From a virus, in IMG/VR virus record IMGVR_UViG_3300035696_001556, positions 64,001-128,000 of that record: a DNA stretch of 64,000 nucleotides; one strand, given 5' to 3'. Under the pieces are notes generated by a model. It was not told the origin of the DNA. It saw nothing but the letters and a program-made list of their open reading frames with translations, and searched no databases. How positions within the stretch are numbered: the first letter of the stretch is position 1; the number at the start of each line of letters is the position of its first letter. Positions 48,481-59,282 of this stretch are shown here, one piece after another. The position numbers and the translations under genes are program-made.

Positions 48481-49521
48481 ATGGCTACTTTTTTAGATCA
48501 ATACAATCTTTTAGTTGGCATGTATCACGGATGCCACAATATTATTAAAGATTTAGATAACTTTCTAAATTTCCTTAATAAGTTGGTGGATCCAAATACT
48601 GTTGTGCCAGATTATGAGAGTCCAACCATATTCATAAAAAATCTTGACGTGTATAGAACAAGGGAGACATTACGTACGGATATAGGAAATTATTTGATTA
48701 CCTATGGAGATAACCTGTCTTCTTCGTATTCCGACGCATTAGGATACTTGACTGAAATGAGAAATTATCTCGATGTTCTAGTTAAGGTTCCATACATACA
48801 AGATTTAATGCCTTTCAAAGCTATTTTTTCTCAAAAACAGTATGATGCAAAATTGATGACTAGTTTGAGAGATCCACTGATGCAAAGTATCCGAGTTCTT
48901 TCGCAATCTAATACTTCTACAAGTAAAAGTGGGGTGGCAGTTAAGCCTACTAATGTTGATACTACCAACGCCCCAGCTTCTGCTTTAATGGCAGTAGTTA
49001 ATAGTCATGTAAATAACCCTGCAGCAGCAGTCGCATTGGATCCTATAAAAAATACGGACATCCAGGCAGATGAAAAAGATATCATTGCTTCTAAAGCTCA
49101 GCAGGCGATTCAGCAAAAGAACGTTCAAGCAAATCTAGCTGATCCTACCTATGTAGGAAACTTGGTCAACACAGTTGATACAAAGAATCCTAGCTGGATT
49201 AAAACAGTCGCTGGAGCTCCAAATAGTATCAATAGTTTTGTTACTGATGCTATGGGAAGATATGTAACCAGGAATCTGGTTCTGTTCGACAGTCTGTTTG
49301 TAACGACTCCTACACAGACTCAAGATGACACCTCAGCAGCTCTAAGAGAGCAGACTAGAAAAAAATATGGAGGAGGTAATTTAGGCTTTTGTGATGAAGT
49401 ACCGGATGCCAAGAATCCAGGCCAATGGATTTTGAAAAAAAAGGCAGTTTCTCAGCAAGCTTTAGTAGCCAACCGTAACGCTTTGGCTTTAAAGATTTTA
49501 CAGTCTAATCCAAACACCTAA
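48481..49521 (+). CDS. Hypothetical protein
   Basis: 346 aa, tightly packed in the operon. Confidence 0.7.
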   Translation: MATFLDQYNLLVGMYHGCHNIIKDLDNFLNFLNKLVDPNTVVPDYESPTIFIKNLDVYRTRETLRTDIGNYLITYGDNLSSSYSDALGYLTEMRNYLDVLVKVPYIQDLMPFKAIFSQKQYDAKLMTSLRDPLMQSIRVLSQSNTSTSKSGVAVKPTNVDTTNAPASALMAVVNSHVNNPAAAVALDPIKNTDIQADEKDIIASKAQQAIQQKNVQANLADPTYVGNLVNTVDTKNPSWIKTVAGAPNSINSFVTDAMGRYVTRNLVLFDSLFVTTPTQTQDDTSAALREQTRKKYGGGNLGFCDEVPDAKNPGQWILKKKAVSQQALVANRNALALKILQSNPNT

Positions 49522-49528
49522 AAATAAG

Positions 49529-49536
49529 CTATTAAT
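49529..49536 (+). promoter_or_regulatory. Putative late promoter motif CTATTAAT
   Basis: Sits in a 29-nt gap before ATG 49551, which has no evident RBS. Confidence 0.5.
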
Positions 49537-49550
49537 ATTTTAATCTTTTT

Positions 49551-50285
49551 ATGTCTATAGATTTCAGAATACAAAATAAATGCGACCATGTTATCAACTG
49601 GGAGAGAATTTCTCTCCAAGCTGACAGACGCTCTTTGGCTCCGACGTTCCCTTTAGGATCCACAGTGTCTCTGTCTGTGAGAATAAATGACGTAGTAATA
49701 AGTCCGAGTAATTACAATATAGCTCTGAACAATGACCAAACTTTGTCTCCTACTTCGACCGTTATGCTTAAAAAGAAGTGTCCGCTCTACTATCCTATAG
49801 TGGAGTTACAGTATGTGACATTAAAAGCATTCTGTCCAAAGTGTTGGGGAACAACTGTACTGGATGATTTCGTTTATGGACCAAGTAAAGATGTGGTAAC
49901 CGTTCAAGATGAATTTCTGTTAATACAGACTTTTGAAAAACTCATAATTACAAGAATAAACAGCAATCCATATTACAGCTGGATAGGAACATCGATCCAT
50001 AAGCTGATAGGTAAAAAGATTACAGATATAGATTATTTCACAACAAAAATTTCTGAAGATGTTAAAAAGTGTGTAGATGATATTAAGAAAATAGAAGCAC
50101 AATATGTGAGCACCGGAAGATCCGTTAGTGCTGGAGAATTGTTTGGTAATCTCTTAGAAGTTGACGTAACTCAAAGTACGACAGATCCAACCATGCTGAA
50201 CGTTTTGGTTAAATATACTGCTCAAAGTGGAAAAGCAGTAGAATATCAGCAACTTGTACAACTTTCGAAATTGAGACAGAGATAA
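49551..50285 (+). CDS. Baseplate wedge / sheath initiator (gp25-like) with N-terminal extension
   Basis: LLIQTFEKLIITRINSNPYYSWIGTSIHKLIG...LLEVDVTQSTTDPTMLNVLV, with a CPKC motif. Immediately precedes the J-like gene. Confidence 0.72.
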   Translation: MSIDFRIQNKCDHVINWERISLQADRRSLAPTFPLGSTVSLSVRINDVVISPSNYNIALNNDQTLSPTSTVMLKKKCPLYYPIVELQYVTLKAFCPKCWGTTVLDDFVYGPSKDVVTVQDEFLLIQTFEKLIITRINSNPYYSWIGTSIHKLIGKKITDIDYFTTKISEDVKKCVDDIKKIEAQYVSTGRSVSAGELFGNLLEVDVTQSTTDPTMLNVLVKYTAQSGKAVEYQQLVQLSKLRQR

Positions 50286-50294
50286 GAGGTAGAC

Positions 50295-53200
50295 ATGTCA
50301 TACACAGGTCAACTAGGTCAGCTTCAATCGCCCACAATAGTATCTCCTATGACGAATTGGGTTCCTCAAGGAGAAACAGGTGCGAACTATGAATATTATT
50401 CTAGCAGCCTGACTCAACAGATATTAGGATCTCTTCCGGTACCACTGAGTGTACCAAACAACGTCTCGTTGGCGGTATTGTATAGCTATACTATCACCAG
50501 GAACGGTTCCATCTCCATTCCTACTCCTTATAGTCAAGTTGGTACTACCACTGGTGCCACCAATCCTGCATTGGAAGATGTACCTTGGTCTTTCAACACG
50601 GTAAGCTATGGAACTGTTCCTATTACCTATTACATTACACTATTAGAAGGAGATATACTTACAATATCTTTTATATCCAGAGATCTTTCTGGTCAGTATT
50701 TAGACAGTAATCCTTCTGAGGTTGTAGTTAATATAGTCAGTATAAATGAAATCAATACTTCTGCTAGTATCCCTTCAGGTATCCAATTGAAATTATTTAA
50801 AGACAATATGAAAATACTTATACCAAAAAGTAGTCTTTTAGTAAGTTCAAATAGTGATTTCCTTGGGTGTAACTTCTATATAAGCTTGAGCCCTGGTGGT
50901 GGTACAAACGGATACCAGTTAATGAATGACACTTATGTGAGTACCACGGATGACTCAGAACTTGTAGAAACTATCGTGACCCTCTCTGATGTGACCAGTG
51001 AAGCCGACAGTACCACCACTGAAACCAAACAGACTCAACAGGTGCCAACAGAGTATTACACTTTTTCCGTTAATAAAACAGTCCTGACAAATCTTGTTAA
51101 TGATGGTGTGATAAGCAACGTCTTTTTGTCGGATAATGTTTCTATAAATCAAGACATAGTTTTTTACTATGTCACAACTTCTGCAGCATACGATAGAACC
51201 TTAAATACCGCTGTAGAAAGTTCTTATTCTCTGGAATTGAATGGAAAGTTTTTACAATATAGCACAGATTTCACAGGTCTTCCTTCTCGTACAAGACAAG
51301 ACATTTTGTTAAGCGTGGTACAAAGATTGACAACAAACAATAACTTGGTTAATGTAGTTACAGGTCAAGTTATAAGAGATGTCATCGATCCTGTGACGGA
51401 TATGTTTTCAAAATTTTATGTTATAGAAGACTTTGTTTTCAGATGCAACTCTATTGACTGTCTGCTCTATTTTGATGATACAAATGGAGATGGTATCAGT
51501 GATCCGGTCGCTACCAGTCCACTGAAAACAGCCTTAGCAGATGCTTTGGGGATAACAGATTATACTGTTCTGCAATCTTTAATAGATCAGCAGTTTGATA
51601 AACAGGGTGCTAATTTTGAGATGGCAAGAAAAGCAGCCACGAATTCCCAGGGAAGCGTTGTGATTTTCACTACTAAAAAACCAGTTAGTGATTTGTCCAT
51701 ACCAGACGGTACTGTAGTTACCTATCCTGGAGACTTGAATTTAAACATACAGCCGCAAACTTATACGGTCATCGGTGATCATACCATGGAAGCAGCCACG
51801 ATAACTAATTATTATAATCCTAGTAAACAGAGATATGAGCTGCCAGCTTCTATTACGGCTGTTACTGCAGGGTCTATTGGAAATGTCCCTTCGGGATCAA
51901 TAACGATAATAACTGGTGTAGATTCCTCTCTTTCTGTGGAAAATGATGTACCTACTGATTACGGTACTGATTTGGAGATAAACAGTAGCTACGGTGCTCG
52001 TATAAAGATGGCACGTCCATCTTTCGACGCTGGAACAAAACCTGGATACACCGCTACGACATATGGAGTCCCAGGAGTACAGGAAGCAATAATCCAAGCA
52101 GCTGGCGATCCATTGATGATAAGAGACTATGATCCAACTACTGGACAGCATATCGGGGGAAAAGTTGATATTTATGTCAGGGGAACAAATGAGACTCAGA
52201 TTATAGATCAAGTAGCTTTTAAATTTGATTATCCTACTGATGTTCTCGGGAACAAAATAGGTGAAATATTCTATGTTACAGACGCATCGGAATTCAGGAT
52301 TAAGACGACGAATTCTAAAGTAACGGCTACCAGTCCAATCGTTATCGTAAGTAGAGTTCACAATACTACCAGAAATGCAGACTATGATTTGTCTGATCTG
52401 GTTATAGCAACCGATACTTTGCTTTTAAGCACTACAAGTCCTCGGAATGTAAGCATAGGCATGGCTACCTTGGATGTGATAGAGGTCGATTATGAATATA
52501 TGAGTTCCAATGTATTACCTTTGGAAAATCAACCTGTCATAGAGCTTATCTCTGTGTCAGACAGTGGTGGTAATACAATAGATCCTTCTCTATATCAGAT
52601 AGTGAAATCAGAAGATCCTTTGAAGACGGGTAATTCCTCAATATCCACCGATGGTATAGAGTTCCTGTTTAGTTCAGCCGATCAGCTCGCAGAAGCCATA
52701 ACACTTACAAATGAACAACACGTCATACGGGTAAACTTACCGGCACAGTTAAACTATAAAGGAGTTATACTCAACACAATAGTCGTGCAATCTCAGGATT
52801 TATCGACAACATACAAGAACAATATCGACTATACCATAACTTTGGGAAATCAAACAGAATTTACATATATAAATATCAAGCCAAACGGCATGATACGTTC
52901 TGGATTTACGGTTTCTGTGAGCTATGAAGCAAGTCAGAACTTCTTTGTAGCATACACCTATGATAGTCTCATAAACCAAGTACAGACGCAGATAAATAAT
53001 ATGAAGCATGCATGTGCTGATGTGATTGTTAAAGAAGCAGTAGAAAATATGGTTGATTTAAGTTTTACTGTGACCAGGGATTTAAGTGTGGCGACAACTA
53101 ACAACGGTACTCAGACAGATGATGAGATGGCTCTAATATCTCGTATACAAACTGCAGTCTTCAATGCAGTAGCTGGGCTACAAATGGGGCAGACTTTAAA

Positions 53201-53705
53201 ACAGAGTTTCCTTTTAAAAACGATAATGGAAGTATCTGGGGTAGATTCCGTGGAAACTCCCTTCTCTATTATGATGAAAAGAGCTGGATCATATATCCCA
53301 ATGGATAACTTGGGAACAGTATCTTTCGAAGTCTTCCAAAACTCAAGTAATAGTAATGGCGTAGTTTCTTATCAGAGTATCGATCCAGTGTTAACATACA
53401 GTACCACAGATGGTGGTGGTCCAAGTAATCTTTTCAGGGCTGTCTATGAAAACATGATAGAGTTGAACTTGGTATCTGATCCTACCTTAGTATCCGGAGG
53501 ACCAGGTAGAGCCGCTATCACGGCAGATGGAAGGATAACGGTCAGTACAACGGATGGCAGTCCTCCGCAAACAAAAAGTTATACAGCTGCTTATTATGTG
53601 GCTTATCCGACAGGAGTTACCTATACTGAGGATTTAACGACGGATGAAATAGAATATCTAAATGTGGACAGTCTGAGTTTTCAAGGAATAGACTTTACAA
53701 ATTAA
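50295..53705 (+). CDS. Baseplate wedge protein (J/gp6-like)
   Basis: GQVIRDVIDP...DKQGANFEMARKAAT.SQGSV...IPDGTVV...AVTAGSIGNVPSGSIT...GTDLEINSSYGARI...GKVDIYV. Confidence 0.85.
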   Translation: MSYTGQLGQLQSPTIVSPMTNWVPQGETGANYEYYSSSLTQQILGSLPVPLSVPNNVSLAVLYSYTITRNGSISIPTPYSQVGTTTGATNPALEDVPWSFNTVSYGTVPITYYITLLEGDILTISFISRDLSGQYLDSNPSEVVVNIVSINEINTSASIPSGIQLKLFKDNMKILIPKSSLLVSSNSDFLGCNFYISLSPGGGTNGYQLMNDTYVSTTDDSELVETIVTLSDVTSEADSTTTETKQTQQVPTEYYTFSVNKTVLTNLVNDGVISNVFLSDNVSINQDIVFYYVTTSAAYDRTLNTAVESSYSLELNGKFLQYSTDFTGLPSRTRQDILLSVVQRLTTNNNLVNVVTGQVIRDVIDPVTDMFSKFYVIEDFVFRCNSIDCLLYFDDTNGDGISDPVATSPLKTALADALGITDYTVLQSLIDQQFDKQGANFEMARKAATNSQGSVVIFTTKKPVSDLSIPDGTVVTYPGDLNLNIQPQTYTVIGDHTMEAATITNYYNPSKQRYELPASITAVTAGSIGNVPSGSITIITGVDSSLSVENDVPTDYGTDLEINSSYGARIKMARPSFDAGTKPGYTATTYGVPGVQEAIIQAAGDPLMIRDYDPTTGQHIGGKVDIYVRGTNETQIIDQVAFKFDYPTDVLGNKIGEIFYVTDASEFRIKTTNSKVTATSPIVIVSRVHNTTRNADYDLSDLVIATDTLLLSTTSPRNVSIGMATLDVIEVDYEYMSSNVLPLENQPVIELISVSDSGGNTIDPSLYQIVKSEDPLKTGNSSISTDGIEFLFSSADQLAEAITLTNEQHVIRVNLPAQLNYKGVILNTIVVQSQDLSTTYKNNIDYTITLGNQTEFTYINIKPNGMIRSGFTVSVSYEASQNFFVAYTYDSLINQVQTQINNMKHACADVIVKEAVENMVDLSFTVTRDLSVATTNNGTQTDDEMALISRIQTAVFNAVAGLQMGQTLKQSFLLKTIMEVSGVDSVETPFSIMMKRAGSYIPMDNLGTVSFEVFQNSSNSNGVVSYQSIDPVLTYSTTDGGGPSNLFRAVYENMIELNLVSDPTLVSGGPGRAAITADGRITVSTTDGSPPQTKSYTAAYYVAYPTGVTYTEDLTTDEIEYLNVDSLSFQGIDFTN

Positions 53706-53717
53706 GAGAGGTTTTAA

Positions 53718-56700
53718 ATGTCTCCAAGTGTAGAACCTAACAGCGCAAGCATTTACGAAAATCTGAATTACGCTTATGACAAGGTAGTTTTCAATCCAGG
53801 GAATCCTCCTCTTGGCAGTGAATTGAACACGCTTCAGGAGCAACTGGAGATACTCACACAGAAAACTGCCGGGAGCATGCCGTCAGGTTGGTTAAGCTAC
53901 AGGCCGTTTTATACTTCGGCTACTTTGTCTAATAGCTTCTATACGCAAGATCCTTCTCAGCCAATACCCGAAGTAGCTATGGTAAATGGTTGGCCTATTT
54001 TTGTTACCAATACTAATACTGATTTATCTCAAATTAATCAGATAAACCTCAATGACTTTGAACTGAAATCAGGATCAAGAGTTGATGGAGTCGTCTTGGA
54101 AGTGTGGAGATCGCTATTAACTCCACAGGATACTAACGTTGCTTCGAAGCCTACGAATGTGAGCCAAGTAAGTACTATCTACTCAATATACATGTATGAC
54201 GAAGATCTCGGATGGGCAGTTGGTGACAGAGGAACTATCCTTAAGACAGTCAATGGAGGACTTAACTGGAACTCAATACAGACACCTATTTCCGTTCTTT
54301 TTACCAGAGTTCAGTTTTTTGATCAGTCTTTGGGTTATGCCGTAGGTCAAAATGGATATGTAATCAAGACCACTAACGGAGGAGACTCCTGGTATCTTCT
54401 TACTTCCGTTGTAAACGATAATCTTAATGATCTGGCTGTTATAGACCAGAACACTATTATCGCGGTCGGAGATAACGGAACAGTAATAAAGTCAATAGAC
54501 GGTACCAATTTTAATCTCATTGAAAGTACTTCTGGTGTTACCGCCAATTTAAATGCAGTACATTTTTATGATGACAGAATAGGCTGGGCTGCGGGTGACA
54601 ACGGAACTTTCCTCATCACGATAAATGAAGGACAATCCTGGCAGTCACAAACTGTCATAGATGCCAGTACCAATACCGTTGTAACCACAAATCTGACTTC
54701 TATATCTTTCTTCAATTTGAATGATGGACTGGTAGTTGGAGAGAATGGCACTATCCTTAAGACGACAGATGGTGGATACCACTTTGTCAACATGTCAGGT
54801 AGAATCTACAACGGAACAGCATATCAAACTATAAACCAACTGCGTCCTGGTTTGGACAATGACATCAATCGTGTTTTTGTAAGAAGGGAATTCGCAAATA
54901 ATTTCAATATCAGTGTTTATCCAGCTTCCATAGGAACATTTACGAATATCATTTACAGCATATCTCCTTCTAACTATCCTGATTCATTGGTTCTTCAGTG
55001 GCAGGGGGCTTTGGATGGAAGAAATTATATAAAGACACTTGATCTGGACGATTACGATACTGCAGATGATTTAGCTACAGCTGTTAATCAGATACAGAGT
55101 CCATACTCTCCTACTGATGTAAGCTACCCAGATAATCTGAGAAAAACAACCAGAGTGTTTATAATGACAGTAGACTACGCAAATGCTGTTAAACCTTCTG
55201 ATTTTCGTCCAGCAAGCGGTTCGATCTCTTCTACCGGTACAACAGTAATAAGTTTCTCCGTGGAAGATAAAGCTTGGATCGTAGGTAATGATGGTCTTGT
55301 GGCCAGTACTAATAACAGTGGATCTAAGTGGTCACTAATCACAAATAATTATGGATTCGATCTATATGATGTTAACATGCAGGCCAACAATTACGGGTGG
55401 GTAGTTGGATCTGCTGGCAGTATCCTTTTATATGATCCGACAAATATCCCAACTAATTTTGCACTGCAAAATACCGATCTTCCTCTTAAATCAAAAGGAA
55501 GAATATTCCCTGAAGGAAACATCCTTTCACAGTCTGATAGTTTCCTTAACGATAATATGATCGATCCAAATGTCGGAGTGGAAACTACAGACAGAGTCCA
55601 GATACAATATGCTATAAGAGTACTCGAGGGAGTAGATCCTTTCACATATCCTGAAGGTGGGCTAGGGGCAGAATACGTTTACAGTCTGGGTCCAAATGCT
55701 ACGGGGCAGGACGCGGGTAGTTACACTTTTGAAAATATGGGAGATCAAAACGGAGATTACGGACTTTGGAGAGCTCGTTGCAGGAACACTTATGATGGAT
55801 GGTCTTGGGCTATCCCTATGTTTTTTGTTGCACGCAGAAATTCTTCACCGTTTGATCCAGATACGAATATCAACGGGTCGACTATCTATAACCTCAATGC
55901 TATAAGACCGGACGGACTGACGTACGAACAAATAACAGATGATGATATAACTGATTTGAGAAAGAAGATAAATATCCAATCTTATACGGCTCTGTTCGAA
56001 AAGAATTTTGATAAGCTTCTCGGCAACAGATTACAGACCAAACTGAGTGAGCAAGATACAAAAGGTACTCAGTATGGGACTAACATCCTTTCTGCAGATA
56101 CATATGTAGGTACAGCCGCTTTAGGGAACCTAATAGCCGGAGATGTAACTTCCGAGGCCGTCTTGGAATCTTTTGTAAAAATACTTAATCCAAATGGCGC
56201 AACCCCTTTAACGGATGCTGATTGGACTGTAGGGCCTACTATAAACTGCATCTACATGACTGATCCTGCTTATCATTCAGTCATAAGTTACATAAACGGT
56301 GCAGCAACTTCCCAGGTCATACCAGGATATTTTGAGGGATTAGGAACCAACACCATAAAATTCGATATTGGAAATTATACTCCTGCTCCAGGTGAACAGT
56401 ACTTGATGACAGTTTGGAGAATAAACTATTCGAATAACGGTTTGACAAATATCCCGAATGAACCTCTAGGTATTTCGTATGTTCCTTCAACTGAGGATAC
56501 GAGCATATTTTACCGTGGTATAAATGCTAATACAGTGAGTCAGATCATAGAATACCTCACAGCAAATGTTCCAGGTTATAACGACTATGCTATTTTCTAT
56601 TCTGCTAAAACTGTTGGAACAACTGCGGCTGATATAAACCTTTACCAAAGTTCGGACATCTATGATCAGACTACTGATGGGTATAGTCAATCTTTGCAGC

Positions 56701-58109
56701 AATTCTCTGGGCAGCAATATAGAGGATCACTCGTGGAGTATCATTATTTCTTTCAGACAACGGCATTTGTTAAGAAATTTTCGGTGCCTAAGAGCATTAA
56801 CAATTATGGAGTTCTTAATGTAAAAAGCGTGGCAAATGCCGTGAATGGTACGCAGTATCTGATAAATTCTGATTATAGCACCTGGATGAATGTGTGGAGT
56901 GAGAACCAGTTATCAGACCTTACTTACGACAACGGAAGCATAGAAGTTTTCTTGGATCCTTCTTTTTCGATACCTAGTGGTGTTATAGTAGAAGTGATTT
57001 TAGAAGTTGTTCCTTCTAATATAGATCTCAATATAACAACCACCAACACCGGCCCCAATATCCAAGCGTATCGTGCTCCTTTCACCAGCAATTTCAATGT
57101 AGGTTCAAAAGGAGTGAGCGGGTTTTATAAATCCGTTCTATATGAAGCTAATCCAGCTCTCATTACAAATAATAACATAACTGTAGATTTGACTCAGACA
57201 CAAGCAGATCTGGATCTCAAGAATGCTATTATTCTTGGAATAAGCTCATACAGTACCAGAAACTTGACATATCAATCTTATGTGTGGTTCCAGTCGAGTC
57301 TACCGAATGCAGGACCTTACTACTACACTGTGCCAGTAACTCTTACGACAGGTTTAGGAACAAGTACGGTTGTCATAACAATACCTCAAGGTACTTGGGT
57401 GGGTAGCTTTTATGTTCCTATGTTGGTGCAACAGACAGCTTTTGGAACTGTTTCGGACAATTCTGAAGCATATGTCTTCTACAAATATCGTCCGTATCAG
57501 ACAGTAGGAAACCTTCCACCACAGCTGACTGTGGAGGTTTTAGTAAGTTCGGATTTCCTATATATCTCTAATTTGGGTACAGGTGGAAGTAATGCTATCC
57601 CAAAGGATCCTTACGAGAATCCTATAGAGCATATCCCAGTAAATGATACAACTTTTGTTAACGACAATATGTTTACGAATATTGACGATTTGGATTTCAC
57701 AAATTTCAGTATTCCAAACGGTTTAGCAAAGATGCCTGCTATTGTATCAAGAAAACTTGGAGAAGACATCATATTCAGTGTCCCAAATAATGTAGGGGAT
57801 AATCTTGGAAGGACATTCTATACGGTTTGCTCTGATAATTTCAGGTTCCAAGCTGAGGCTTTAAAGCAGGCTGTTCCTAGAAAAGTATTTCTTCCTATGG
57901 TTGGAAGAATAAGAAATGATGTAACAAGCCCGTTCGTAAGGGGAGAGATAGTTCTTATTATCTTCTCCAAAGTATTCAAGGCACGTGTCGAGAATGAAAC
58001 CGGGTATTTTGTAGATACTAATGTCGAATATTCTCCTGGATACTTTGAGGAAGCAGACACAGCCATTGCGATATATAGACTTAGTAATTTCCCAACTGTG
58101 CGGATGTAA
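53718..58109 (+). CDS. Baseplate / fibre-attachment protein with YCF48/BNR-like beta-propeller
   Basis: N-terminal YDKVVFNPGNPPLGSELNTLQ motif and repeated GWAVGD.GTILKT..GG..W blades. Confidence 0.78.
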   Translation: MSPSVEPNSASIYENLNYAYDKVVFNPGNPPLGSELNTLQEQLEILTQKTAGSMPSGWLSYRPFYTSATLSNSFYTQDPSQPIPEVAMVNGWPIFVTNTNTDLSQINQINLNDFELKSGSRVDGVVLEVWRSLLTPQDTNVASKPTNVSQVSTIYSIYMYDEDLGWAVGDRGTILKTVNGGLNWNSIQTPISVLFTRVQFFDQSLGYAVGQNGYVIKTTNGGDSWYLLTSVVNDNLNDLAVIDQNTIIAVGDNGTVIKSIDGTNFNLIESTSGVTANLNAVHFYDDRIGWAAGDNGTFLITINEGQSWQSQTVIDASTNTVVTTNLTSISFFNLNDGLVVGENGTILKTTDGGYHFVNMSGRIYNGTAYQTINQLRPGLDNDINRVFVRREFANNFNISVYPASIGTFTNIIYSISPSNYPDSLVLQWQGALDGRNYIKTLDLDDYDTADDLATAVNQIQSPYSPTDVSYPDNLRKTTRVFIMTVDYANAVKPSDFRPASGSISSTGTTVISFSVEDKAWIVGNDGLVASTNNSGSKWSLITNNYGFDLYDVNMQANNYGWVVGSAGSILLYDPTNIPTNFALQNTDLPLKSKGRIFPEGNILSQSDSFLNDNMIDPNVGVETTDRVQIQYAIRVLEGVDPFTYPEGGLGAEYVYSLGPNATGQDAGSYTFENMGDQNGDYGLWRARCRNTYDGWSWAIPMFFVARRNSSPFDPDTNINGSTIYNLNAIRPDGLTYEQITDDDITDLRKKINIQSYTALFEKNFDKLLGNRLQTKLSEQDTKGTQYGTNILSADTYVGTAALGNLIAGDVTSEAVLESFVKILNPNGATPLTDADWTVGPTINCIYMTDPAYHSVISYINGAATSQVIPGYFEGLGTNTIKFDIGNYTPAPGEQYLMTVWRINYSNNGLTNIPNEPLGISYVPSTEDTSIFYRGINANTVSQIIEYLTANVPGYNDYAIFYSAKTVGTTAADINLYQSSDIYDQTTDGYSQSLQQFSGQQYRGSLVEYHYFFQTTAFVKKFSVPKSINNYGVLNVKSVANAVNGTQYLINSDYSTWMNVWSENQLSDLTYDNGSIEVFLDPSFSIPSGVIVEVILEVVPSNIDLNITTTNTGPNIQAYRAPFTSNFNVGSKGVSGFYKSVLYEANPALITNNNITVDLTQTQADLDLKNAIILGISSYSTRNLTYQSYVWFQSSLPNAGPYYYTVPVTLTTGLGTSTVVITIPQGTWVGSFYVPMLVQQTAFGTVSDNSEAYVFYKYRPYQTVGNLPPQLTVEVLVSSDFLYISNLGTGGSNAIPKDPYENPIEHIPVNDTTFVNDNMFTNIDDLDFTNFSIPNGLAKMPAIVSRKLGEDIIFSVPNNVGDNLGRTFYTVCSDNFRFQAEALKQAVPRKVFLPMVGRIRNDVTSPFVRGEIVLIIFSKVFKARVENETGYFVDTNVEYSPGYFEEADTAIAIYRLSNFPTVRM

Positions 58110-58113
58110 TTAG

Positions 58114-59274
58114 ATGCTTTCTCAGAACTCTAAAAGCAACAATATAAGAACTTCGTTTGTTGGGAGCGGACTGACAGGAGTTCAGACTTATGCTCAGGCA
58201 CAACAGTACTCTGTTGACCTGGGAACAATACTGTACAATAACTCCTTCAAGAGTTTGAACAGCCTTGTCATTCCTTTAAAAGATCAAACCTTTTTTGATC
58301 TGCCCCAGGACAAGGGAAAGTATGCTGTCATAAATGTTTATTATGATGCCGAGAATGGTAATTTTGTATTCGATGAAATTTATTTGGGATATAAATATGT
58401 AGAAAAGCTATCTGCTCCAGCGTTATACAATGTAATACCTCTAGCTCAGTTTACGCTTCAGGAGAGCCAAGGAAGTTATATAGTAGTAAGTTACAATGAA
58501 TATTCCCAGATGGCGACTTTCTCCATAACGGATACTTTTATTCAGGGAGATACTGGGATAAAAGCTGCCCCTGGGGAGACTGGTCCAGAAGGAATAACGG
58601 GTTTATTTGGCTCGTGGGGTTGGACTGGTGTCAACGGAGTGACAGGAGATCAGGGTTTAACTGGATTATCAGCAACGGGTATAAACGGATTACAGGGAGA
58701 AACAGGGGTATATGTAGATAAAACTGTTTTACTGTATCACAAATTTAAAACAGCAGATGCTAAACAAACGGATTATTCTTTCTATGAAAGAGACTGCATC
58801 TATCAATACACTGGTCCTAATGCTAATCCTAATTATACAGGAACTTATGGAGTTTCTGGAAGTCCATTGTCCTATTATTATCTAGAATCTGGTGTTGTGG
58901 ACTATTGTCACGAGGTTGTCTATGGAGGAGGTTTATCGCAGTACATAAGAAATGAGTTTGTAGAATTTGGAGTGTCTGGGTCTCAGTTTGGAGTAACAGG
59001 AACACTAAGTGCCTGGATAAAATTAACTGAAAAGCCTATTGCAGGCTTTACTGGCACTCTAGATTCCATTAATCCTATGATAGTTCATTTTCATGACACC
59101 TCAACTCAGCAGCCTACCTCATGGACTTGGTGGATGGATTATCTCGGACAGTCGGTTGTTCTTAATATGCAAAATCCAATATATGCCTTTCCAGTTACAG
59201 GGATGCACATAGTTAAACTGAGAGCGACTAATCTTAATGGTTATTCTGAAATATGCCATTTTGTTAATTTGTAA
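58114..59274 (+). CDS. Fibre protein A: shared N-domain + short collagen + PKD domain
   Basis: Collagen from residue 145 (54 aa), C-terminal PKD (PIAGF...VHFHDTST..PTSWTW...QNPIYAF...VKLRATN). Confidence 0.78.
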   Translation: MLSQNSKSNNIRTSFVGSGLTGVQTYAQAQQYSVDLGTILYNNSFKSLNSLVIPLKDQTFFDLPQDKGKYAVINVYYDAENGNFVFDEIYLGYKYVEKLSAPALYNVIPLAQFTLQESQGSYIVVSYNEYSQMATFSITDTFIQGDTGIKAAPGETGPEGITGLFGSWGWTGVNGVTGDQGLTGLSATGINGLQGETGVYVDKTVLLYHKFKTADAKQTDYSFYERDCIYQYTGPNANPNYTGTYGVSGSPLSYYYLESGVVDYCHEVVYGGGLSQYIRNEFVEFGVSGSQFGVTGTLSAWIKLTEKPIAGFTGTLDSINPMIVHFHDTSTQQPTSWTWWMDYLGQSVVLNMQNPIYAFPVTGMHIVKLRATNLNGYSEICHFVNL

Positions 59275-59282
59275 TAAAAAAT

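Noticed and set aside
17484-58109. Bacterial eCIS / tailocin / T6SS locus
   Set aside because: Neck and head-completion genes, mobile endonucleases, the extreme size and the lack of host genes or an eCIS AAA+ ATPase favour a jumbo phage. The capsid genes are presumably outside the window.
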